DNA from: Nemertoderma westbladi | Taxonomy: Eukaryota > Animalia > Xenacoelomorpha | Direction: 5' to 3' | Length of the DNA stretch: 64,000 bases | Assembly: GCA_032718475.1 (NCBI GenBank) | Contig: JAUCBJ010009100.1 | Location: forward strand, 62,001-126,000 | In this document: piece by piece, positions 15,169 through 25,433 of the stretch | Numbering within the stretch: the first letter of the stretch is position 1 | How the letters are laid out: the number at the start of each line of letters is the position of its first letter | The notes under the pieces: generated by a model | What the model saw: the letters and a program-made list of their open reading frames with translations, nothing else | Told to the model about the DNA's origin: nothing | Database searches by the model: none | Made by a program: the position numbers and the translations under genes

Positions 15169-16993
15169 TGTTCGCGGTATTTCAACTTTCCATAACGCGA
15201 GTTGAATATTTTTGTATTTTATTTAAAATTGATTATTCCGATATTACTACTGGGTGCGGGACCATGGGTTTTGGGCACACTCAATAAACTGGGGGCGATT
15301 TATGGGCGAACTTTGGGGCGAATTACAGGGTACGGGAATAATTTCATAGTTATAAGGGCCAGGGGGGGATGGAAAATGCAAGCAGTATTCAGGTTAGCCT
15401 GAGTACTATTAGGCCCTGGCCAACTTCCTGCTGCCTGTAGGGGTGGATTTGGTAATGCGCCAGGCCTAAAGGACAAGGACTGCCCTTAGCGGTCCCTGGC
15501 CAACAGCAGTTATTACGAGACTGAAAGGAACTCGGAACGCTGACTGCTTGTGTCAGGGATTTGCGACGGGAAACGACGGCCCCTTAGTAGCCAAGCCGTT
15601 CTGGTTCTCGATGATCGAACCCTTCGGGGTTCGTGAGGGGTGGAGCGGACACGCGAACGGGTGGCCAACTAACGACTGCCCCCTGAGCTAAGCCGTACTG
15701 GTTCTCGATGACCGATCCCTTCGGGGTTCGCGAGGGGTGGGACGGACATGCGAAAGGGCTGGCCACAGGACGGGTTTGACGAGGACTGCCCTTAGCGGTC
15801 TCTGGTCAACGGCAGCTACTATGAGACTGAAAAGAACTCGGAACGCTGACTGCTTGTACCGGGATCTGCGACGGGAACCGACGACAGACCCCTTAGCCAA
15901 GCCGTACTGGTTCTCGATGATCGTTCCCTTCGGGGTTCGTGAGGGGTGGAACGGACACGCGATGGGGTCGAAAGACAAAGGACTAGACTCGACTAGACTC
16001 TACTGGCCTACCGACTGTTCGGAGCAGTTTCTCGGCTGCCGAAGCGACTACGAGCCTGAAAGGGACTCGGAAAGCCTAGGTGGTTGGGTTTCTGTGATGA
16101 ACCGACGGACCCCTAGCCAAGCCGTTCTGGTTCTCGATGATCGAACCCTTCGGGGTTCGTGAGGGGTGGAACGGACACGTGAACGGGTCCACCGACACGA
16201 CAGACTCCTAGCCAAGCCGTACTGGTTCTCGATGACCGATCCCTTCGGGGTTCGAGAGGGGTGGTACGGATACGCGACAGAGTCTACCGACTGGACCGAC
16301 CCTTAGCCAAGCCGTGCTGGTTCTCGATGATCGTTCCCTTCGGGGTTCGTGAGGGGTGGAACGGACACGCGACAGGGTCGACCGACACCGACACTACGGC
16401 ACTAAGACTAGGACCGAGGGAAAATCTGGGGAACATTAGGTAGGCTAAAATCTGAGCGAACAGTGGGTAATTAAATAATATACTGTAGGGATTTATATTA
16501 TCGTGTATAATTATTGTGAATATTTGGTGTATATTGATTTGGGGAAGCCCAAAATTATTCTTAATCAAGGTTCAACAGAGTTCAGTTACATTAAAGAGTA
16601 TATCCAACTAATGCAGCTTTTTCTCAACCGCAACCCTGCATCTCAGAAATCATTCCTTCTCCAAAATCAATATCCGGTGACTGGCCGGGGCTCAGTGGTC
16701 TGTAAAGTCACGTCTCCAGCATCGGCGTTTTTCCCCCCTGGTGTTGGGATAACGGCAACAAAATTAAGAATAATTCACGTGGTTAATTTTGACAGGGTGT
16801 CAAAATTAAGAATAATTAATGCGGTTAATTTTGACAGGGTGTCAAAATTAAGGATAATTACGGTCAACTTCAACTGGTGGAAGTTGAGAATCCTTCAATA
16901 CTCTTCAAAAACTCTCTACGTGCTTGCCAGCACCCACTACGAGGAAACTCTGGTATTTGAGTTGAGACGAAGTCATGGTTTAATTAATCAACA
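15169..16993 (+). repeat. 5' LTR of copy 1 (type A); right end either 16760 or 16993 (both end ...AACA)
   Basis: Homologous to 28214-29778 up to ~16660. TGTT...AACA termini. A PBS-like site at 17012 favours 16993. Confidence 0.75.
15482..16377 (+). ncRNA. Array of structured RNA modules in LTR-A: 6 k-turn/UUCG hairpins (A) and 3 loop-E/GAAA hairpins (B/C), order B A A B A C A A A
   Basis: Repeated AAGCCGTACTGGTTCTCGATGA(T/C)CG..CCCTTCGGGGTTCG(T/C)GAGGGGTGG separated by variable CGAC-rich linkers and TACGAG.CTGAAA.G.ACTCGGAA hairpins. RNA function is inferred from folding by eye. Confidence 0.6.
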
Positions 16994-17011
16994 AACTCGA
17001 TTTAACCAACT

Positions 17012-17023
17012 CGTAGTCGGCAG
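17012..17023 (+). promoter_or_regulatory. Primer-binding-site-like motif (tRNA-Ser)
   Basis: CGTAGTCGGCAG is complementary to the 3' end of metazoan tRNA-Ser(AGA) (...CTGCCGACTACG) as recalled, but lacks the TGG. Conserved in copy 2 at 60432-60443. Confidence 0.5.
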
Positions 17024-17053
17024 ATCACATATTTGGAGAGTTGTTAACAGGGA

Positions 17054-17245
17054 ATGGAAGTATCGATCACACCCATTGATATAATCCAAGTTGAGCCAGG
17101 AATCTGGCACGTCGAAGTTGAAGTACAAGGAACGAACGTCGGACGATTCAGGATTACCGTTCGGGTGGTCCAAGCTGAGTACAATACCTACGAGGAACTG
17201 TTTTATGACATCGCGTATCTAGCTATCGACGAGGCGTTACAATGA
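17054..17245 (+). CDS. 63-aa upstream ORF of unknown function, overlapping the gag start (ATGA)
   Basis: Open in both copies with one amino-acid difference. Its TGA overlaps the gag ATG. Confidence 0.5.
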   Translation: MEVSITPIDIIQVEPGIWHVEVEVQGTNVGRFRITVRVVQAEYNTYEELFYDIAYLAIDEALQ

Positions 17246-20200
17246 CGACAAATAACGTATCCGATACCGACGAGATGGATCACCACACAGACTCGGAAGC
17301 CGACGAGATACCAAACGTCAAGAACATGACCCGTCGGCTAGGGGCTCTCAAAGGCGGAGTAACCCGAGCGTATCAACGGATGGAGAAACAACTCAAGGGA
17401 GTCAAAACCCCCCTCAATGAGGTACAAACTCAGCTTCAAAATATCCGAAATATCCTACAGCGGTACGAAAGAATGATACAGGCGTACCAAGAGCTCGTTC
17501 CCTCCACCGATCAGGAAAACTACCCCAAGTTAGAAGAACATGTTGTACACCTAGAGGGGTTCCGCAAACAACACCGGAGGACCCTCAGCCTTGTGAGAGG
17601 CTATGAGGAACAGTACTACAAGAGGGCTGAAAGAACAGACGCGGAATCAGTACGATCCTCCAGCATCAGGACAGCAGTACATTGAAAGAGAACGGGGTCC
17701 GCTAGAAATCAGCACTCCAGCGCTAGGAGCGAGAGATCCGGCTCAGCGCATAGCTCTCAAGGGGGTCAGCCACTCCGAGACCAACTGCGAGAACGGAAGG
17801 CATTAGCCCTCAAAGCTCGGATGGAAGATGAGTATATTCAACTGCAAGCCGAGCAAGATGTATTAGCCGCCGAAACACAAAAGCGAGAGGCCGAACAAGA
17901 GGTCGAACGACGGGTCGAACAACGCAGACAGGAGGTCAGACAGGAGATCGAACAACGTGAACAAGAGGCCAAACGAGAGATCGAACAACGTGAACAAGAG
18001 GCCAAACGAGAGATCGAACAACGTGAACAAGAGGCCAAACAAGAGATCGAACAACGTGAACGAGAGGCCAAACAAGAGATCGAACAACGTAAATGGGAAG
18101 CAGAAATGCGTAAACAACACGCCGAGGCCCAAGCGATTCTCACTCACAAAAAGAATGCAGATATTGCGAAACTTTCGGAATACGAAGCCGCGCTTATAGA
18201 ACGAGATATTCAACTATACGAGGACTGGGAAAGGGATATAGATCAGGAATATGAACCAATCCCGGTACCGGAATTAGAAAAGTCATTCATACCGACAGCG
18301 GCGAAACTTCCGAAACCCGAGATCCCGCCTACCAAACAGTCTACGCTATCGGCACAAGCACCGGTGTTCCATCCCCCACCGGCTACGCTAAAGAATGAGG
18401 AACCTTATATCCCATCCAACACCACGACAGCGAGTGTACCCAAGTACGAGCCTGAAAGGGACTCGGAACGGGACGCCACTCCCCAATCTAACAACCCATT
18501 TACATCCACACCACAAACTCGTAGCCGCGTCATTATTAAAACTCCACCTATTATTGATCCATCAAGTATGGGAGTGAGTGCCAATAACTATAACCCTCAG
18601 AGTCACTCTAGTTCAGACGACGTCAGCATCATCCGGGCGTTGGAGAACCGCCTTGCCATGCCTAAGATGGAGATTCGCACCTTCGAAGGAGATCCCGTCG
18701 ATTACCTCAGATTCAAGAAACGGTTCTTTGCGCAGATCGGATCAACGGACATAGCCGACGCACAGAAATTGGTATATTTATCGCAATACCTGGGTGACAA
18801 ACCACGCAGAATTATTGCATGTTTTGAAGGAGGTTCTCATGAGGCATACTATGACGCATGGAAAACTCTAGATAAAAGATACGGAAATACCGGAACTATA
18901 ATTAATAAAACTCTAGAGAGACTGATACAGGACGTGGGATCACTAGGGGACCCACAGAACATACAGGAATTCTCCGACTCTATGAAGGATGCCTACTATA
19001 CTCTGAAACCCTTAAATAAGGAGGACCAGGTGAACAACATTCTAAACCTCCGACAGATCGCCCGGAAGTTCCCCGGATGGCTACAAAGTAAGTGGGCTTA
19101 TAAATGTGTAGATCTCCGGCGCAGACATCCAGATCGAGATCCTAGCTTCCTTGAAATGTCGGCATTCCTGGACGATATCTCCGAAGCCATGAATGACTCG
19201 ATGTTTTCAAAACAAAGTCTCGCAAAGTTGGACGGAATAGAAAGCAACTCCAGGAGTAAGATAACCCCTCCGAAACCGAGATTCCGCCCCCCACCGGTGA
19301 GTACGATGGCCATCACCATGGCTGAGGATTCCGACGACGAAGACTACGAGGAACCGACATCCGCCGAGGAATGGGCATGTTATCTCGCGAGTTGGGCACC
19401 CGAAAGGGAAGGCATCACAAATTCCCTGCTCTGTCTCTTCTGTGGGGAGAAACATAAAGTGGAATTCTGCAGAAAGTTTCAGTTCGCCGAACTCGTCCCA
19501 CGCTTCGAGGCGATAATGAAACACCGACGATGCTTCCGGTGTCTTGGAACAGGTCACTATGTTCGGGAGTGCGACCAAAGATCATGCTGTGCTGTCTGTA
19601 ACGACCAACGCCATCACACGCTCCTCCACATCCCCGCGAACTTCGATTTTACTACCCTCCCCTTTCGGATCGAAGCCAGGCGAAGAGGAGAAACAAACCA
19701 CGTCTTCAAAGGAACCCGGACAACCCAACGGAGAGAAACCAACCCGTTTAAAATCTCCACCGATACACCACAAGTAACAAATATTTTGGCCACGATTAAT
19801 CTTATAAATCGCCGCTACATGGTCTTCGCAAAGGTAATCCCAGTAAGGATCCAAGGAGTCGGCAAATCTTTGACGACACTCGCGTTCCTCGATAACGGGT
19901 CCGACGGAACCATCATCGACCGGGATTTCCTCGAGCAACTCGGCCTAGAATATGAACCTTGTAAACGGCCCATACAAACCATCACCGATAACCGAGAGGT
20001 AGAATCTGGGGAGGTGCAACTCCAAATGGAAGGAGTAATGAAGGGCTACGAGACGGACAAGCTAACCATCAAGAACGCCTTGGTACACACAGACCTCCGA
20101 GTGCGGTTCCGACAATCAGCCGAGTACGCCCCCCTCATACAATTGGACCGAGACGATGTAGATCTGAGGTGTCGCAGTTGGACGTAAACCGCATCACCCT

Positions 20201-23200
20201 ACTGATTGGACTTGATACACCGGAATTACACAAACCTACCGGAGATGTCGCCCGATCCATAAAGAAAGATGACGGCTTTTACGCTGAACGAACCATAATG
20301 GGATGGACCCTCTGCGGCATCAAGGAAGAAACTACTGACACCTATACATATCTTCCTAAATGTCAGATTAAAGAAAATGTAACATCCGTGGGATATTGCT
20401 CAGCTACAGACCTCGATGAGGATTTATTTCTCGAGACCGAAAAAACCCAGCGAGAGATGACTAAATACTTTAATCTAGAGACCCAAGAGTTCGCTGAAAA
20501 GGACGAAAACCCGTCCGAGGAAGATCGATATTGTATGGATGTTCTGGACCAGGCCACGTTCAACGACGGACACTGGTGTTCACCCATGTTATGGAAGGAC
20601 CCGAATAAACCAATGGCAAACAACGCTAACATGGCCCTTAGGCGACTTAAGGGCATTCTCCGCCGGCTGAATGACCAACCCGAGATAAAGGAGAAATATA
20701 ATACCGTAATCCAAGGATATCTCGACGATGGATTAGCAGAAATGGTACCCCGGAACGAACTGCAAGGAGGCAAAAGAACATATTATCTTCCAACCCACTA
20801 CGTGGTAGAAGCACGGAAGGGCGGGAAAATCCGAGTAGTTAATGATGCCGCTGCTATGTATCAAGGCGAATCCCTGAATAGTCAGCTTTATACGGGACCC
20901 AACATATATAGTACACTTATTGGCGTATTGATCAGGTTCAGAGAAAACCGGATAGCATTCACCTGCGACATCAAAGCCATGTTTCATCAGGTTTGTACGC
21001 TACCAAGAGACTCAGATTGTCTACGAATCCTATGGACGGATGAAACACTAACTCAACATGAGATTAGTCAACTTACAATAAAGGACGTAGACGTAATGCG
21101 TATGGTCGTCAGGATTTTCGGCGCTAAGGACTCGCCAGTAGCATGTAGTGACATGCTGAAAAGAATGGCAACTATGTGTGAAAACGAGTTCCCCCCAACC
21201 GTCATAGAAACCATCCGACGATGCTTCTACGTGGACGACGGATGCGCCGGTGCGGATAATGTGGATGAGGCATATCGGCTAGCAATGGGGATGGTAGAAT
21301 GTTTAAAGAAAGGAGGCTTCCCGCTCATGAAGTTCAGGTCCCACGACAAGAAACTTATGGAAAAGTTTCCGGAGGACATTCGACTGGACAACAACAAAAT
21401 GTACTCGTAGGATGTGGAACACCGTGTACTCGGGATTGAATGGGACATAGAATCAGACGAATTTATTTTCAAATATAAACCCCTACCCAAGCCCATGACG
21501 AAAAGGGGATGTTTGTCGATAAAAAGCGCCATCTTCGACCCACTAAATTTCATATCTCCAGTAACCTTGGCCAGGATGAATCTGATTAAGGAAATGTGGT
21601 TAGAAGGACTGGGATGGGACGAAGAACTCCCCCCACACCTCAGCGTCAAATGGAGAAAATGGACGGAGCAGCTCGAACACCTACATCTCATGCGGATCCC
21701 TCGACCGTTCTTCCTCGATAAACTACCCACCGATATCTTCCAGCTCCATACCTTTTCGGATGCTTCGAATACCGGAATCGACATAGTCACCTTCTTACGG
21801 AGACTAAGTAACGATGGAAACGGCGACACAAGCTTCTTATTCTCCAAAGCCAAGACAGTATCTGGGGAATTCGTAGCAACGATTCCGAGACTCGAGCTAC
21901 AAGCTGCAGTCTGGGCAGTAAGACAGAATCGCATGGTCATGCGGAACCTACGGATCCCCATCGAATCTCAACACTTCTGGGTCAATTCGAGTATAGTTCT
22001 CTATTATCTCCACTCTCCATCACGGCGTCACACCACGTTTGTTGCAAACCGAGCCACAGAGATTAAACAGTGCACCGGCCGAGAACAGTGGCACCACGTG
22101 AACGGGAAGGAAAACCCAGCGGACTTATCAAGCCGAGGCGCCACCCCAAAACAACTCGGTAAAAGCAAACTCTGGCTTACAGGTCCGGAATTCCTACAGC
22201 AGCCACAATTAACATGGAGTACCCGATTCGACCCCGAACTCGATAGCGGAAAATACTCCGAGGACGATAAAGAGATCCGTAAAGTCCATCGAAGCAACGC
22301 GGTGGAAATTTATAGTTGTCTGACTGAGCCTGCAAAGGACTCGGGCAGGCACTATAATGTCGCGACGATCACTCAACCAGCGGCGTCTTTACATCGGTTG
22401 ATCGAGCGAACTTCATCGATGAGACGGCTCGTCCACCACGTTATAACCCTTCATAACTTCCTACAGTGGAAAAACAACAAACCGATAGTTCAACGGAATA
22501 TACAAGAACTCATTATCGCGGAGAAGTGTATCGTTAGATATGTCCAGAGAGAAAGTTTCCCCGATGAGTGGGAACAACTTAGCGCGGGCAAAACATTGAA
22601 ACCGGACAGCCCAGTCTACCAACTGAGACCAATGATGGGAGAGGACGGACTGATCCGACTGAATACCCGGATGGCAAACGCCCCGGTCGAATACGAGGTT
22701 AAATACCCGGCGCTTCTGCCCGGAACGTCGACACTAGCTAAGCTATTAATTTTACAATGTCACGAGGACAACCATCACGCAGGACAGAATTGGATTATAG
22801 CTAATATAAGACAAAGATACTGGATCACCCACATCCAGCCACTGATCCGGAAAGTGTTGAAACGTTGCTTTACCTGCAGACGTTATCTAGCGCCACCAAT
22901 CACCCAAAAGATGGCCGACTTACCAGCCACCCGTCTACAAGCAGATTCCCCACCGTTCTACGTCACCGGAGTGGACTGTTTCGGACCGTTTATGGTCATC
23001 GAACGACGATCCAACATCAAATGCTGGGGAGCCATCTTCACCTGCCTAAGGTCTAGGGCAATCTACCTAGATATCGTGGTAAATCTGACGCAACACGCAT
23101 TCATCAACGCTCTGCGTCGGTTCGTGGCGAACAACGGGACATGTCGTCACATGTACTACGATAACGGTACAAACTTTGTGGGAGGAGAAAGAGAACTTAG

Positions 23201-24185
23201 GGAGGCGATCGAGGGATGGTTTACCGACAACACCGCATCCCAAGTCTGGAAGGAACACCAGATACAGTGGCACTTCCAGACCCCCTTAGCACCCCATACG
23301 AGCGGGGTATGGGAGAAACTGATCGACCTAGTGAAACGATCCATGCGCATCGCTCTAGGAGACACCCGGGTAACCCATGACACCCTCCGCACAACATTCT
23401 GCAAGATCACGGCTACCCTTAACAACCGGCCCATTGTCCCTATCCGCGACGACCCCACAGACCTGGAGCCCCTCACTCCTAACCACCTACTGGGGAGACC
23501 CAAAACCCACGTTCTCCCAGAGACCATGTTCCCGGATCCCAACGAGATCGCGAGACATACAAATTGGAAGAAGGTCCAAGCGTTGGCAGCGCATTGGTGG
23601 AGAATCTGGGCCCAGGAGTACCTCATAACCCTCCGGACCAGGAGGAAATGGAACAACACCTACCGGAACGTCGCAGTTGGCGACATGGTACTAGTAAAAG
23701 AAGATCTCAAAGACCGTTTTCACTGGCCTGTGGCGCGGGTCGTGACCATACACCCAAGCAAAGACGGACTTGCGAGGACTGTGACGATACGAACGGCAAA
23801 GGGCCACTACCAACGCCCTATCCAGAAGCTGTGCCTTCTCGAAGGCAATGACAGTGGTGACTCTACGAGAGGTGATAAGTTCCCTACTCAAGATCCTGCT
23901 GCGGACATTGGTGACAATTATAAAAAGGGCCACTACCAACGCCCTATCCAGAGGCTGTGCCTTCTCGAAGGCAATGACAGTGGTGACTCTACGAGAGGTG
24001 ATAAGTTCCCTACTCAAGATCCTGCTGCGGACATTGGTGACAATTATAAAAAGGGCCACTACCAACGCCCTATCCAGAGGCTGTGCCTTCTTGAAGGCAA
24101 TGATAGCGGTGACTCTACGAGAGGTGATAAGTTCCCTACTCAGGATCCTGCTGCGGACATTGGTGACAATGACAAATGCGTTTAA
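17242..24185 (+). pseudogene. gag-pol: BEL/Pao Gag-Pol polyprotein, disrupted by a stop at 17683-5, a 1-bp deletion near 20172 and a stop at 21408-10
   Basis: DUF1759-like gag (MPKMEIRTFEGDP), three Zn knuckles (CLFCGEKH..C, CFRCLGTGH..C, CAVC..HHTLLH), protease LDNGS, RT DIKAMFHQV/YVDD, RNase H FSDAS/TIPRLEL, integrase HHCC, VDCFGP and DNGTNF. Lesions located by comparison with copy 2. Confidence 0.95.
23799..24170 (+). repeat. In-frame 126-bp tandem triplication at the integrase C-terminus
   Basis: KGHYQRPIQ.LCLLEGNDSGDSTRGDKFPTQDPAADIGDN occurs three times; single in copy 2. Confidence 0.95.
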
Positions 24186-24457
24186 ACCCTTCTCATCCTG
24201 TTGACAAACTCTTAAACTGTGATTTATCGACAATGAAAATGGACCCCCCTTAAACCAACTGTAACCACGCAATGGTATTTGTGTTTCCTCGTGTGTTATG
24301 TGGAGTCCAGCGTCACCCTGCAGATGTTTCGACTGACGCAGGGTCGTTTATGTATTGTTTACCCTGATTTTGGTCATCGGGACCAATGATATTGGATTAT
24401 TGGAAATGGTAAAGATTTGAAGTGGAATTCATTGTATCCATTGTAGTATGTTATGTT

Positions 24458-24880
24458 GTCCGTTGCGTGCGCAGTTTGGGGCGTAGGCGGTGTAATGAGT
24501 CCAGCTGTAGATCCCGGATTGCCGCGCAACACCCCCTCTATCCCGTTATTCTGGTGGGTCCATGGTGCATCCACATGACTTCGACGATAGAGGGTTTTAT
24601 GTTTCTCAGTCGCGTTATTCTGGTGGGACCGTTACGTGGATTTTGGGGCGTAGGCGGTGTAATGAGTCCAGCTGTAGATCCCAGAATGTTGCGTAACCCC
24701 ATCCCACATGACTTCGTCGACTGAGCTTTATGTTGTTGGGAGTGTTATTCTGGTGGGTCCCTGGTGCATTCCACGTGACTTCACTCCCAGCATCTTCATT
24801 GTCCGTTACGTGTGCAGTTTGGGGCGTAGGCGGTGTAACGAGTCCAGCTATAGATCCCAGATTGCCGCGTAACACCCCTT
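24458..24880. repeat. Three ~170-bp imperfect repeats between pol and the extra ORF
   Basis: Core TTTGGGGCGTAGGCGGTGTAA(T/C)GAGTCCAGCT(G/A)TAGATCCC x3, interleaved with GTTATTCTGGTGGG motifs. Also in copy 2 at ~52690-53110. Confidence 0.9.
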
Positions 24881-25433
24881 CCACAACAAAGATTTCCCAA
24901 AGAAGATGATTGAATGTAGTTGGAAATGATGAAAAGACTCAGACAACTCTACTATAAACCGAATGATGACGCGTATGCTGATGAAAATGTAATGATGCGC
25001 ACCCTGGTGCTGCGCTTATAACAATGATGATAGCCGGGGGGCTATAACCCCAATGATGGTGTGGAAATAAACAAAATTGAGAATAAATGGTGGAACTAAA
25101 TGTGTTGAAATGTGTTGAAATAAATGAAATGAGATGAAATAATAAAGAGAAATGAAAAAAGACAAAAAAAAGTCTAAGTATAAAAAGTCTAAAGAAAAGA
25201 ATTGGAAAAAAGAAAAGGACAAAAAAGTCATAAAAAACTGGTTGGATATTAATGTATAGCTATAGTAACTGTAAATGCTGAATGTATTAGCAATAAGATG
25301 ATAGATGTCTATATAGCAATGTTATTAATAAACTGAACTAAAAATAAACTGAATTATTCTGCAATCGCTATAGTTTCAGACTTTCTGGACTTATAATTAA
25401 CTGATCTAATTTGTAACGGATATAATCGTAAAT

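Noticed and set aside
15482-16377. CRISPR or TIGR-type guide array
   Set aside because: Eukaryotic LTR context with no cas or Tas/Nop gene. Repeats are ~60-80 nt, spacers vary widely in length and repeat each other, and matches to the element's genes are same-sense structural motifs.
15482-16377. Hammerhead, pistol or HDV ribozymes, or 5S/tRNA genes, in the LTR
   Set aside because: No CUGANGA/GAAA three-way junction or pistol/HDV pseudoknot could be built by eye. The similarity of AGCTAAGC and GGTTCG to Pol III boxes is too short. An Rfam scan is still advisable.
15584-17084. Short ORFs in the LTRs, and their copies at 28.7-29.9, 46.0-46.9 and 60.4-61.8 kb
   Set aside because: They are by-products of GC-rich repeats, and frames are not preserved between type A and type B LTRs.
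17603-17806. Programmed stop or readthrough between an N-terminal ORF and gag
   Set aside because: 17242 and 17821 are in frame in copy 1 apart from one CGA>TGA change, and copy 2 has different lesions. These are decay mutations.
17838-24272. Antisense and alternate-frame ORFs over gag-pol, ORF3 and LINE ORF2
   Set aside because: Shadow ORFs of long coding frames or repeats, with no recognisable motifs.
24458-24880. Twister ribozyme in the pol-ORF3 repeats
   Set aside because: UAA and GAUCCC are present, but the pseudoknot partners needed for twister were not found.
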